From assembly GCA_035392545.1 (NCBI GenBank), contig DAONMJ010000001.1, positions 1 through 61,312 on the forward strand: 61,312 nt of DNA. The letters run 5' to 3'. The notes beneath the pieces are model-generated. The model worked only from the letters and a program-made list of their open reading frames with translations, was not told the DNA's origin and ran no database searches. The stretch is from a bacterium. GTDB lineage: Bacteria > Ratteibacteria > UBA8468 > B48-G9 > DTJG01. Positions 9,328-18,472 of this stretch are shown one piece after another (within the stretch, counting starts at the first letter, position 1; each line of letters starts with the position of its first letter). The position numbers and the translations under genes were made by a program.

Positions 9328-10562
9328 CGTTGTTCAGGATAAATGGGAAATTGTGAAGCGAATTTTTTTACCTGTTTTCTAATCATAGCCAGCTTATTAC
9401 AATCATCTCTGTAGTACAGCGCCTCATCAATGAAATCAAGAATTTTTTCAATATCACCCTTTTTCATTCCCCTTGTGGTGATCGCGGCTGTGCCAACACG
9501 AATACCACTTGCGATATTCGGAGGCAACGGATCATAAGGTATTGCGTTACGATTAACAGTAATACCTACCATACCAAGGGTTTTTTGAGCCTGCTCACCC
9601 GTTATCATTTTATTACGAAGATCAATCAGTATTAAATGGTTATCAGTACCACCGGTAACAAGTCGATATTTTTTTTCAATTAGTCCTTTAGCCATCAGTG
9701 AACAGTTCTCAAGCAACTGTTTCTGATAGAAGTAAAATTTTTTATCCATTGCTTCTTTAAATGCCACTGCTTTTCCTGCAATCACATGCATCAAAGGGCC
9801 TCCCTGTATGCCAGGAAATACTGCCTTATCAATTTCCTGCGCAAAACCCTTTTTGCACAAAATAAAACCACCTCTTGGACCTCTGAGGGTTTTATGAGTA
9901 CTTCCTGTTACAAACTCTGAACACTCAACCGGCGAAGGATGCAATTTCGCAGCAATAATCCCTGCAATATGAGCAATATCTGCACACAGGTACGCTCCAA
10001 CATTTCTGGCAATGTCTGAAAATTTTTCAAAATCAATTATCCTTGGATAAGCGCTTGCTCCGCACATAATCAATTTTGGCCTTACTTTTTTGGCAATGCT
10101 TAAAATCTCATCATAGTTAAGTCGTTCTGATTCCCGGTCAACTCCATAGTAAAATGATTTAAATATCATTCCTGAAAAATTGACCTTCGTCCCATGCGTA
10201 AGGTGCCCTCCAGCAGCAAGGTCCATCCCGAGTATTACATCCCCTGGCTTCAATGCAGCAAAATAAACTGCCATATTTGCCTGACTTCCCGCATGCGGTT
10301 GAACATTCGCATGTTCAGCATTGAAAAGTTTTTTCAAACGAGCTATGGCAATACTTTCAATTTCATCAACGTTTTCACAACCATCATAGTATCTTTTCCA
10401 TGGGGTTCCTTCTGCATACTTGTTTGTCAAAATTGAACCCACTGCCATAAGAACCGCTTTGCTAACATAATTTTCAGAAGCGATAAGATTAATGGTTTCT
10501 TTTTCTCTTTGTATCTCGCGTTTTATCAACATGGCAATATCTGAATCAGTATTTTTGAGCAT
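9324..10562 (-). CDS. glyA: serine hydroxymethyltransferase
   Basis: [24 protein letters not shown] and the PLP-lysine region [13 protein letters not shown] are present. The product is 412 aa. Confidence 0.95.
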   Translation of the reverse strand: MLKNTDSDIAMLIKREIQREKETINLIASENYVSKAVLMAVGSILTNKYAEGTPWKRYYDGCENVDEIESIAIARLKKLFNAEHANVQPHAGSQANMAVYFAALKPGDVILGMDLAAGGHLTHGTKVNFSGMIFKSFYYGVDRESERLNYDEILSIAKKVRPKLIMCGASAYPRIIDFEKFSDIARNVGAYLCADIAHIAGIIAAKLHPSPVECSEFVTGSTHKTLRGPRGGFILCKKGFAQEIDKAVFPGIQGGPLMHVIAGKAVAFKEAMDKKFYFYQKQLLENCSLMAKGLIEKKYRLVTGGTDNHLILIDLRNKMITGEQAQKTLGMVGITVNRNAIPYDPLPPNIASGIRVGTAAITTRGMKKGDIEKILDFIDEALYYRDDCNKLAMIRKQVKKFASQFPIYPEQR

Positions 10563-12642
10563 TTTTTATATCCTCTTCCCTGATATATGAAAAGTCTGCG
10601 AATTTAAGAAAAACATCATTAAATTTTTTCAAAAGAGCAAGACGGTTATTCCTCAAAACCTCCTGGGGACACATAACAAGAACGCTATCGAAAAAATTAT
10701 CCACTGGCTCCTTCAAACCTGATAAAATCTTTAAGAAATTATCATAATCCATTTGTGCAAGCAATCCTTCAGATTTTTCTGCGTAAGTATTGTAAACTTC
10801 TGCAAGAATTCGTTCGCCAGATTCCTCAATCAAATCCTGATGGAACTCAGGAATCTGAATTTTCCTTTCTGTCGCCTGTCTCAAAATATTGGCAATACGG
10901 GTAACAGGAATCAATATCTGTTCTGCATCAATATCGTTTTTGATGAAATTCTTCAGTGCCTCCAGTTTTTTTCTGATTTTTAGAAAATTCATGCCATCGA
11001 TAGTCAACACACTTCTTCTTAAACCTCTCGGAAAACCCTCAGATTCAAGATGAGATTCATATCTCTGTATAAGAAATTCATCAATTTTTGAAGAAATACT
11101 GTTTTTTTCTTCAGCAGGAATGTCATAATATTCAAGTATCTTTCTAACAATTTGGCGATAATCATACTCAAAGCCAGACACATAAATCAAGGGGAACAGT
11201 CCTCCGGCAATTCTTTTCAAACCATAGGGGTCTTCTGAACCAGAAACATCAACTCCTGCGGATATAAAGGCAACGACATAATCAAGTCTATCAATAATGC
11301 CCAGAAGAATACCACATATACCTTGAGGAAGTTTGTCTCCAGGGGATGCTGGAAGCATGTATTCTGCAATCGTTCTGCACACATCTTCACTTTCCCCGGA
11401 AAGTTTTGCATATATTGCTCCCATAGTTCCATGCAAGTCCGGAAATTCCCTCACCATTTCTGAAGCAAGATCATTTTTGCAAATTTCAGCCGACCGAATC
11501 AAGGTTTTTTTCTGTTCTGAATCAAGCCCCATTATTTCAGAAAATTCAAACGCCAGTCCTTTCAACCTCTCGACCTTTTTCGCGACAGAACCCCATTTTT
11601 GATGAAAAACAATTTTATCCAGTTTTTTCCCGAATTCATCAAAAGGAACAGATATATCTGAATTATAAAAGAACTGAGCATCGAGAATTCTTGTTTTCAA
11701 CAGGTTTTCATAATTAACTCGTACATTTTCGTTATCATTACCGTCACTGATAACAAAATATTCTTTTTTCAGTTGCTCACCACAAAAAATTGGAATACCT
11801 TTTGCCTTTGCTATCAGAACCCTTAAAACCTCTTCTGGCAGATTGTAATCAATTGATGGAAAATTACACCGTATCACGCGTGGATATTCTATAAGATTTA
11901 CAAGGTCCTTGCCCATGGATTCTTCAAAATTTTCATTTTCTTTGAGGTTCGTACTGATGAGATTGAGTATAAATTGTTGTCTTAAATCTTCACCCAGAAG
12001 AACAAAAGATTTCTGAATTTTGTCAAAATAATCTTCCCAGTTCTGAACCCTTATTCTGTTCGGACGCAGAATTCTGTGCCCATAAGTGTATCTTGAACTT
12101 TTTATACCGCCAAAATTGACGTCCAGATTCTGGTTCCCAAATATTGCAAGCATCCATCGCACGGGTCTATAAAACACTTCCTGTGATTCATTCCACCTCA
12201 TTCCTTTCGGAATATCAATTTTTCTAAGTGTGCGAACAAGAATATCTGGAATAATATCCTTTGTAGCAACACCTGGTATTGTCTTTGTCACATACACAAC
12301 CTTTTTACCATTCACATTCTTCACTTTCAGAGACGAAACAGACACCCCGTGTGCTTTTGCAAAACCAGCAGCAGCAATGGTTGCTTGTCCATCTTTATCA
12401 AAAGCAGCCTCATATCTGGGACCTGTAATTTCTCTGCGTTCGGGAGGAATTTTTGAAGACAGACCTTTAATGAAAATAACAAATCTACGAGGGGTGAAAA
12501 AAAACATCACATCATCCGCAGTCAATTTGTAATTATTCAATTCGCCAAGAAATAAGGGCTTGAACCTGCTTATAAAATGCTGTCCTGACCAGGAAGGTAA
12601 ATCTTCACATCCTATCTCTATTAAAAGGTGTTCTGTTTTCAT
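10546..12642 (-). CDS. glyS: glycine--tRNA ligase beta subunit
   Basis: The ~698-aa product starting MKTEHLLIEIGCEDLPS has the typical GlyRS beta N-terminus. The start is taken at the internal ATG (12642) rather than the track start at 12672. Confidence 0.9.
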   Translation of the reverse strand: MKTEHLLIEIGCEDLPSWSGQHFISRFKPLFLGELNNYKLTADDVMFFFTPRRFVIFIKGLSSKIPPERREITGPRYEAAFDKDGQATIAAAGFAKAHGVSVSSLKVKNVNGKKVVYVTKTIPGVATKDIIPDILVRTLRKIDIPKGMRWNESQEVFYRPVRWMLAIFGNQNLDVNFGGIKSSRYTYGHRILRPNRIRVQNWEDYFDKIQKSFVLLGEDLRQQFILNLISTNLKENENFEESMGKDLVNLIEYPRVIRCNFPSIDYNLPEEVLRVLIAKAKGIPIFCGEQLKKEYFVISDGNDNENVRVNYENLLKTRILDAQFFYNSDISVPFDEFGKKLDKIVFHQKWGSVAKKVERLKGLAFEFSEIMGLDSEQKKTLIRSAEICKNDLASEMVREFPDLHGTMGAIYAKLSGESEDVCRTIAEYMLPASPGDKLPQGICGILLGIIDRLDYVVAFISAGVDVSGSEDPYGLKRIAGGLFPLIYVSGFEYDYRQIVRKILEYYDIPAEEKNSISSKIDEFLIQRYESHLESEGFPRGLRRSVLTIDGMNFLKIRKKLEALKNFIKNDIDAEQILIPVTRIANILRQATERKIQIPEFHQDLIEESGERILAEVYNTYAEKSEGLLAQMDYDNFLKILSGLKEPVDNFFDSVLVMCPQEVLRNNRLALLKKFNDVFLKFADFSYIREEDIKNAQKY

Positions 12643-12676
12643 ATCGTTCTCCAGAAGCAATAAGCATTGCACAAAA

Positions 12677-13696
12677 TTAAATAAAATTATACATCTTTTT
12701 CCTTACCGCTGACAAATAAAGGATGAAAAAAATCGTTAAAATCAAATGTGATACCCAGGGCGCGACCTGCCAGGGAATGATTTCTGCTCTGCCAAGAGAA
12801 AGACCGAAAGAATATAATGAATACACCATCAGCGTCCCTGTGAAAGCAACACTAAAAATCCTGGTTTTTGCCATAGACCTTCTATAATGGAAAAACGGGA
12901 ATAGAAGTAAAATGATAAAAATGTTCAACATGGGATAGGATATTTTTGAATAAAGAAAAATCCAGTCAGATTTTGATTTGATACCCACTGATGCAACTTG
13001 TTTCAATAATCCATGTAACTTGAAAAACGTCCATCTTTCAGGAAAACCAACCGCATATAAAAGCAGCGCACGGGGACAAAAATCAGTTTCTAAAGTAAAT
13101 TGTTGAAAATGTCGTGTTGTTCTATCCCCATAAACAATTTTTCCGTCATAAAGTATAATGCTTTTTTCGAAGAATTTTGCCTTCTTTGCATAATATGTTA
13201 CATTAGAACGGTTTTCCGAAATAATAAGATTTTCCACAATATCCTGTTGCTTATAATCCGTGGCCCAGAAACATACACTTTCTGTAAGAATACTCAATGA
13301 ATCCGTCTTCCTACTGTTATTTTTTATTTCGTTCTGATAGGGTGTAAGCAACCCCGCAATAAAGGAAAACAAAGAACACAAAAAACCAAAAATAACAAAT
13401 ATTTTAAATATCTGAAGTTCAGAAATTCCTTTTAATTCAAAAATGGAAATCTGCTTGAATTTTTCCATTTCAGAAAAAACCAAAAAAGCACTTAATATGG
13501 TAATAAAAGGAATTACTACAAGAAAACTATCATAAAAATTCACCACACAATCTTTCCATAAAAAAACCCTCGTATGTCTTGCATCTGCAATGGTCCAGAA
13601 TATTTGCAAAATAAATAATAGTATTGCAAAAGCCGTAAGCAAAAGAAGAAAAAATTTGAAAGTATCCAGCAAGATATGTTTCTCTCTAAGCAACAT
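12677..13696 (-). CDS. lptG: LPS export ABC permease, LptF/LptG (YjgP/YjgQ) family
   Basis: 339-aa protein with an N-terminal TM cluster, a central soluble beta-jellyroll-sized region and C-terminal TMs. It is the second of two tandem paralogues, as in lptF-lptG. Confidence 0.65.
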   Translation of the reverse strand: MLLREKHILLDTFKFFLLLLTAFAILLFILQIFWTIADARHTRVFLWKDCVVNFYDSFLVVIPFITILSAFLVFSEMEKFKQISIFELKGISELQIFKIFVIFGFLCSLFSFIAGLLTPYQNEIKNNSRKTDSLSILTESVCFWATDYKQQDIVENLIISENRSNVTYYAKKAKFFEKSIILYDGKIVYGDRTTRHFQQFTLETDFCPRALLLYAVGFPERWTFFKLHGLLKQVASVGIKSKSDWIFLYSKISYPMLNIFIILLLFPFFHYRRSMAKTRIFSVAFTGTLMVYSLYSFGLSLGRAEIIPWQVAPWVSHLILTIFFILYLSAVRKKMYNFI

Positions 13697-14759
13697 GTGA
13701 AAATTTCCTTTTTACAGCAATAATGGCGAATATAAAAATTAGGGGTGTTACAAAAAACATAAAACTGCTATTGGTTTTGAATGCGATACCCTCGCCAACA
13801 AGAATCATGAAATAAGAACCAAGTCCTATAAATAAGCCAATTCCAAGTATCTGCAAATATCCTGTCGCCCTGATTCCTATTCCCGTATAGAACCCCATGA
13901 ACACATAAAACAGGGGTAAAGTCGCAAAGAAAATCTTCTTGAAAAGCATCACCAGAATTTCATTTCTGTTTGTTCTAACATCAATTGAGTTCAAAAGCAT
14001 GAAAAAATTCATTTCCTTGATTTTTCTCTGAGGAAAAGCATCAACAATTCTTTTATAAGGAAGAGAAAATGTGTAAACATCAAAATCCACTTTTACAAGT
14101 AAGGTGGCTTTTTTTATAGAATGCGTCTCAAGGAAGCCGTTCTCAAGAAAAAGGCACAGAAATCCATCCCTGTCTATTCTTAAATGCGCCTTTTCTGCCT
14201 TGATGATACATACGGAATCAGAACCCTCCCTGTAACAAATTACGACATTGTAAAAATTTCTGTTCATAACCCTTTCCACGTAAATGGTCAATCCGGGAAA
14301 ATCTTTGACCAATGTTTGATTTCTGAATAACTTCATGGGTTCGTCAAGATGAGCCTGATTCAGTAACAATTTCTTTCCATATGTTGAATTCGGAGACAAA
14401 AAAAGGCATAACCATATTTCAAGAAAAATAAAAATCACTCCAAGCAATAAAAAATATCTAACAATCTGGTTCGCCGAAACCCCTGACGTCAAAAAAACCC
14501 AGTATTCTCTCTCCATATTCATTCTTGCCACAGTACCCGTTACAGCCGTTAAAAAGGAAAGAGAAACAATATCAGGACATATCTCAAAGAAAGAGAAGAG
14601 AAAAAATCTGACAACAGTTACAGGAGTAAAAAAATGGTTTATAATTAAATCCGATAGCAATAAAAGTGCCCTCATCATAAAAATGAAGGCAAATATAAAA
14701 AAGGCAATGACATAAAAATTGAAAAATTCCGTATAAATATATTTTTTTTGTAATCTCAT
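13686..14759 (-). CDS. lptF: LPS export ABC permease, LptF/LptG (YjgP/YjgQ) family
   Basis: 357-aa protein starting MRLQKKYIYTEFFNFYVIAFFIFAF, with the same TM/periplasmic/TM architecture. It overlaps the downstream paralogue by 11 nt. Confidence 0.65.
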   Translation of the reverse strand: MRLQKKYIYTEFFNFYVIAFFIFAFIFMMRALLLLSDLIINHFFTPVTVVRFFLFSFFEICPDIVSLSFLTAVTGTVARMNMEREYWVFLTSGVSANQIVRYFLLLGVIFIFLEIWLCLFLSPNSTYGKKLLLNQAHLDEPMKLFRNQTLVKDFPGLTIYVERVMNRNFYNVVICYREGSDSVCIIKAEKAHLRIDRDGFLCLFLENGFLETHSIKKATLLVKVDFDVYTFSLPYKRIVDAFPQRKIKEMNFFMLLNSIDVRTNRNEILVMLFKKIFFATLPLFYVFMGFYTGIGIRATGYLQILGIGLFIGLGSYFMILVGEGIAFKTNSSFMFFVTPLIFIFAIIAVKRKFSHVA

Positions 14760-15405
14760 GGTTTTGCAAAAATTGAAATTCTTATTATTTCATCATATCA
14801 TAGACCCGATTTTTCCAGAAAAATGCTGTGGGTGCGGACGAGAGGTCGCAATTAAAAAATATTGCTTCTGTATTGATTGTCTAAACCATATTACAATTGC
14901 TCCATCGTTACACGAACGAATATTTTCGCTTGCTCTCTACGAAGGCCCGGTGATGAATGCGATTCACACATATAAATATAAAAAAAGAAAATGGATTGCA
15001 TTTTCCTTTGCCACGTGGATGAACGATTTTATTACTCAACATTCAGAAATTAAATTCGATATAATTATTCCAGTACCGCTACATCCAGTGAAAGAATTCA
15101 AAAGATCTTTTAATCAAAGCTGGCTGATAGCATTTCATCTTGGTAAAATGCAAAACAAACCTGCTGTTTACCACGCACTCGTGAAAACAAAAAATAATCG
15201 CTCACAAACAAATCTTGATATCAATGAAAGGAAAGAAAATGTTGCAAATGTATATAAAGTAAGGAATACTTCCATCATTAAGGATAAAAAAATACTTGTT
15301 ATTGACGATGTCTACACAACAGGCGCCACTATCGAAGAAGTATATAAAACCCTGAAAAAAAATGGAGCCAGAGAAGTAAAGGTATTGACAGTAGCAAAAG
15401 CATGA
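14758..15405 (+). CDS. comFC: ComF family phosphoribosyltransferase-domain protein
   Basis: An N-terminal Cys pair region FPEKCCGCGREV...CFCIDC is followed by the C-terminal PRPP-binding motif ILVIDDVYTTGATIEE. Confidence 0.75.
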   Translation: MVLQKLKFLLFHHIIDPIFPEKCCGCGREVAIKKYCFCIDCLNHITIAPSLHERIFSLALYEGPVMNAIHTYKYKKRKWIAFSFATWMNDFITQHSEIKFDIIIPVPLHPVKEFKRSFNQSWLIAFHLGKMQNKPAVYHALVKTKNNRSQTNLDINERKENVANVYKVRNTSIIKDKKILVIDDVYTTGATIEEVYKTLKKNGAREVKVLTVAKA

Positions 15406-15420
15406 TAACAATTCACACGT

Positions 15421-15449
15421 TTGACCTTGTACTCAATTTCTTGTAAAAT
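15421..15449 (+). promoter_or_regulatory. candidate sigma70-type promoter upstream of the leuD-like/icd/purA genes
   Basis: TTGACC (15421-15426) is followed by a 17-nt spacer and TAAAAT (15444-15449). AGGAGG at 15462-15467 precedes the ATG at 15473. Confidence 0.4.
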
Positions 15450-15472
15450 ACTTTGTTTGGAAGGAGGAAATT

Positions 15473-15970
15473 ATGATATTAACAGGAAAGGTGCATAAAT
15501 TCGGAGATGACATTAATACTGATTATATTATTTCAGGGCGATACAAATTCAAAACGCTGGATATGACTGAACTTGCATCTCATATATTTGAAGACATTGA
15601 TCCTGATTTTTCAAAAAAGATTAACCCAGGAGATTTTATTGTGGCAGGTAATAATTTTGGATGCGGTTCTTCTCGCGAACAAGCAGTGCTTGCTTTAAAA
15701 TATGCGAAAATTGGAGCAATTATCGCAAAAAGTTTTGCCAGAATTTTCTTTAGAAACGGAATAAATGTAGGGCTTGTTTTGATAGAAGCCAATACAGATC
15801 CGATTTCACAACATGATATTCTGCAAATAGATCTTCTGAAGGGGCATATTTTTAACGAGTCCCAGAATATCCATGTTCCAGTTAAACCCTTACCGGAATT
15901 CTTGCTCAAAATTATCAATGAGGGTGGTATCATTAATTATCTCAAAAAATACAAGGACTTTCAAATATGA
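15473..15970 (+). CDS. aconitase-family hydro-lyase small subunit (LeuD/HacB-like paralogue)
   Basis: [32 protein letters not shown] and [14 protein letters not shown] are present in a 165-aa product. There is no adjacent large subunit, and a second, canonical leuD lies at 34742-35233. Confidence 0.8.
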   Translation: MILTGKVHKFGDDINTDYIISGRYKFKTLDMTELASHIFEDIDPDFSKKINPGDFIVAGNNFGCGSSREQAVLALKYAKIGAIIAKSFARIFFRNGINVGLVLIEANTDPISQHDILQIDLLKGHIFNESQNIHVPVKPLPEFLLKIINEGGIINYLKKYKDFQI

Positions 15971-17046
15971 AAAAACATACAGTCACATTAATCCCGGGCG
16001 ATGGTATAGGCCCAGAATTGACAGAAGTTACGAAAGAGTGCATCAAAGCAACGGGTGTTAGCATTGACTGGGAAGAATGCGAAGCCGGTATACCTGCGAT
16101 TGAAAAATTCGGAGACCCGCTTCCAGAAAATACAATCCAGTCCATCAAGAAAAATAAAGTGTGTTTGAAAGGACCTATAACCACACCGGTGGGTAGCGGA
16201 TACAGAAGTATCAATGTGGCTTTGAGACAGATTTTCAATCTCTATGCATGTGTCAGACCATTCAAAGTTTACAGGGGTGCAAGAACCCTGTATGAAAATA
16301 TCGACCTGGTGGTTGTGAGAGAAAATATGGAAGACCTTTACGCCGGAATTGAATTTGAAATGGGAAAATCAGAAACACTTTCAGTTATCAAAGAGATTGA
16401 AAATCTTATCGGCAAGAAAATCAGCAATGACTCAGGTATCAGCATAAAACCGATATCAATTACAGGGACAGAAAAAATTGTGAAATTTGCTTTTGAATAT
16501 GCGAGAAAAAATAAAAGAAAAAAAGTCACTGCTGTGCATAAAGCAAACATTATGAAGTTTACAGATGGACTGTTTCTTGATGTCGCAAGGAAAGTATCAC
16601 TTAATTATCCTGACATTGAATTTGAAGATAGGATTGTTGACAACATGGCAATGCAACTGGTTCAAAAACCTCAGAAATATGATGTCCTGGCGTGCCCAAA
16701 TCTATATGGAGATATTCTTTCTGATTTGTGCGCAGGCCTCGTTGGTGGACTTGGACTTTCCCCGGGAGCAAATTACGGAGATGAGGTTGCCATTTTTGAA
16801 CCAACACATGGAAGCGCACCCAAATATGCAGGAAAGAATGTTGTAAATCCATCAGCTCAAATACTGGCGGCTGTTTTGATGCTCCAGTATATAGGTGAGG
16901 TGGAATCCGCTGAAAAACTCGAGAATGCATTATCGGAAGTCATTGAAGAAGGAAAACACACAACCTACGATTTCAGACCCGAAGGTACAGCAGGGGTAAG
17001 CACCGATGAAATGGGAAAAGCAATTATAAAGAAATTGGGGGCATAA
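15967..17046 (+). CDS. icd: isocitrate dehydrogenase-type beta-decarboxylating dehydrogenase (isocitrate/isopropylmalate DH family)
   Basis: [10 protein letters not shown], the substrate loop GYRSINVALRQIFNLYACVRP (Ser-x-Asn as in IDH), NLYGDILSDL and EPTHGSAPKYAGK are present. The ATGA start/stop overlaps the preceding small-subunit gene. Confidence 0.7.
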   Translation: MKKHTVTLIPGDGIGPELTEVTKECIKATGVSIDWEECEAGIPAIEKFGDPLPENTIQSIKKNKVCLKGPITTPVGSGYRSINVALRQIFNLYACVRPFKVYRGARTLYENIDLVVVRENMEDLYAGIEFEMGKSETLSVIKEIENLIGKKISNDSGISIKPISITGTEKIVKFAFEYARKNKRKKVTAVHKANIMKFTDGLFLDVARKVSLNYPDIEFEDRIVDNMAMQLVQKPQKYDVLACPNLYGDILSDLCAGLVGGLGLSPGANYGDEVAIFEPTHGSAPKYAGKNVVNPSAQILAAVLMLQYIGEVESAEKLENALSEVIEEGKHTTYDFRPEGTAGVSTDEMGKAIIKKLGA

Positions 17047-18318
17047 ATGGTAACAGTGGTTGTTGGAACTCAGTGGGGAGACGAAGGCAAGGGTAAAATT
17101 ATAGATACCCTGGCATCACAGCATGATATTGTTGCAAGATACCAGGGTGGAGCGAATGCAGGTCATACTGTTGTCTGTAATAATCAAAAATTTGTTTTTC
17201 ATCTGATACCTTCTGGACTGCTTCATAAAAATGTAGTGGGGGTTCTCGGCAATGGAGTGGTGATAGATCCATCCTCTTTCCTTCAGGAAATGACAGACCT
17301 GGAAAACCATGGCATAGATTTCACCAATCGTCTCTTCATCGCAGAAAACGCCCATTTAACTTTACCGTATCATAAAATCCTTGATCAAATCGAGGACAAC
17401 AAAAGGGGTAAAGACAAATTGGGAACCACAGGCAGGGGTATCGGTACCACATACACCGATAAATATGGGAGAATGGGAGTAAGAGTCGTTGATTTTTTGA
17501 ACGAAGAAGTATTTGTAAAAAAACTTAACATCGCCCTTGAGTTGAAAAATTATCTCTTCCAGCAGTACTATAAAGAATCCGCCGTAAGAGTCGAACAACT
17601 GGTGGAAGAATACAGCAAATACCGTGAAAAACTCAAAAATCTTACCATCGATGCTTCCGCGTACTTAAATGATGCGCTTGAAAATGGCAAAACAGTGTTG
17701 GCAGAGGGAGCCCAGGGAACATTTCTTGATATTGATTTTGGAACATATCCTTTTGTCACTGCATCAAATCCTGTTTCTGGTGGAGCATGTACCGGCCTTG
17801 GAATAAGCCCTAAAAAAATCACAAAAATCATTGGAATCGCAAAAGCATATACAACCAGGGTTGGAATGGGACCATTTCCCACAGAAATCAAGGACGAACT
17901 CAATGAAAAGTTGAGGACAGCAGGTAATGAGTTTGGTGCAACAACAGGAAGACCAAGAAGATGCGGCTGGTTTGATGCTGTCATCGTAAAATATGCCGCA
18001 ATGTTGAATGGCCTTGATGAACTTGTCATCACAAAACTTGATGTGCTGTCAGGATTAAAAACGATTAAGATCGGTATTAAGTATTATCATAATGGTAATC
18101 CAATTGATAAATATCCCCTTGATACAAATGTATTTGAGAACATTGAGGTTGAATATGAGGAATTTCAGGGATGGGATGAAAATATCAACGATGTTCCGGA
18201 CTTCCATCATTTGCCCACAAACGCAAAAAAATATATTGAGAGAATCGAGGATCTTGTCAATACCAGAATCACTGCCATATCCGTCGGTTCTTCACGAGAA
18301 CAAATAATCTCGAGGTAA
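17047..18318 (+). CDS. purA: adenylosuccinate synthetase
   Basis: GTQWGDEGKGK, GGANAGHTV, GTTGRGIGTTY and TTGRPRRCGW are present. The product is 423 aa. Confidence 0.95.
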   Translation: MVTVVVGTQWGDEGKGKIIDTLASQHDIVARYQGGANAGHTVVCNNQKFVFHLIPSGLLHKNVVGVLGNGVVIDPSSFLQEMTDLENHGIDFTNRLFIAENAHLTLPYHKILDQIEDNKRGKDKLGTTGRGIGTTYTDKYGRMGVRVVDFLNEEVFVKKLNIALELKNYLFQQYYKESAVRVEQLVEEYSKYREKLKNLTIDASAYLNDALENGKTVLAEGAQGTFLDIDFGTYPFVTASNPVSGGACTGLGISPKKITKIIGIAKAYTTRVGMGPFPTEIKDELNEKLRTAGNEFGATTGRPRRCGWFDAVIVKYAAMLNGLDELVITKLDVLSGLKTIKIGIKYYHNGNPIDKYPLDTNVFENIEVEYEEFQGWDENINDVPDFHHLPTNAKKYIERIEDLVNTRITAISVGSSREQIISR

Positions 18319-18363
18319 GAACCCAATTTTTTTCATATACAATACAGGGTACATCAAAAATTC

Positions 18364-18392
18364 TTGACATTTGATGAACGTCATCTTATAAT
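18364..18392 (+). promoter_or_regulatory. consensus sigma70 promoter upstream of ilvB
   Basis: Exact TTGACA (18364-18369), an exact 17-nt spacer and exact TATAAT (18387-18392), 81 nt upstream of the ilvB ATG. Confidence 0.6.
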
Positions 18393-18406
18393 TGAGTTAA
18401 CCTCCA

Positions 18407-18433
18407 GCAGGCACGTTGCACTGCAATTTTTTT
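18407..18433 (+). terminator. hairpin plus T7 run: leader attenuator of ilvBNC or the purA terminator
   Basis: GCAGGCA-cgt-TGC(a)CTGC forms a 7-bp stem with one bulged A and a 3-nt loop (18407-18424). It is followed by AA and TTTTTTT (18427-18433). It lies between the consensus promoter and the ilvB RBS. Confidence 0.4.
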
Positions 18434-18472
18434 AAGAGATGAAGTAGACAGCCACGTAAATAGGAGATATAG

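Noticed and set aside
18439-18447. ATG-AAG-TAG mini-ORF in the ilvB leader as a possible attenuation leader peptide
   Set aside because: It has only two sense codons and no branched-chain amino acid codons. It also lies downstream of the hairpin rather than upstream, so it cannot work as a classical leader peptide.
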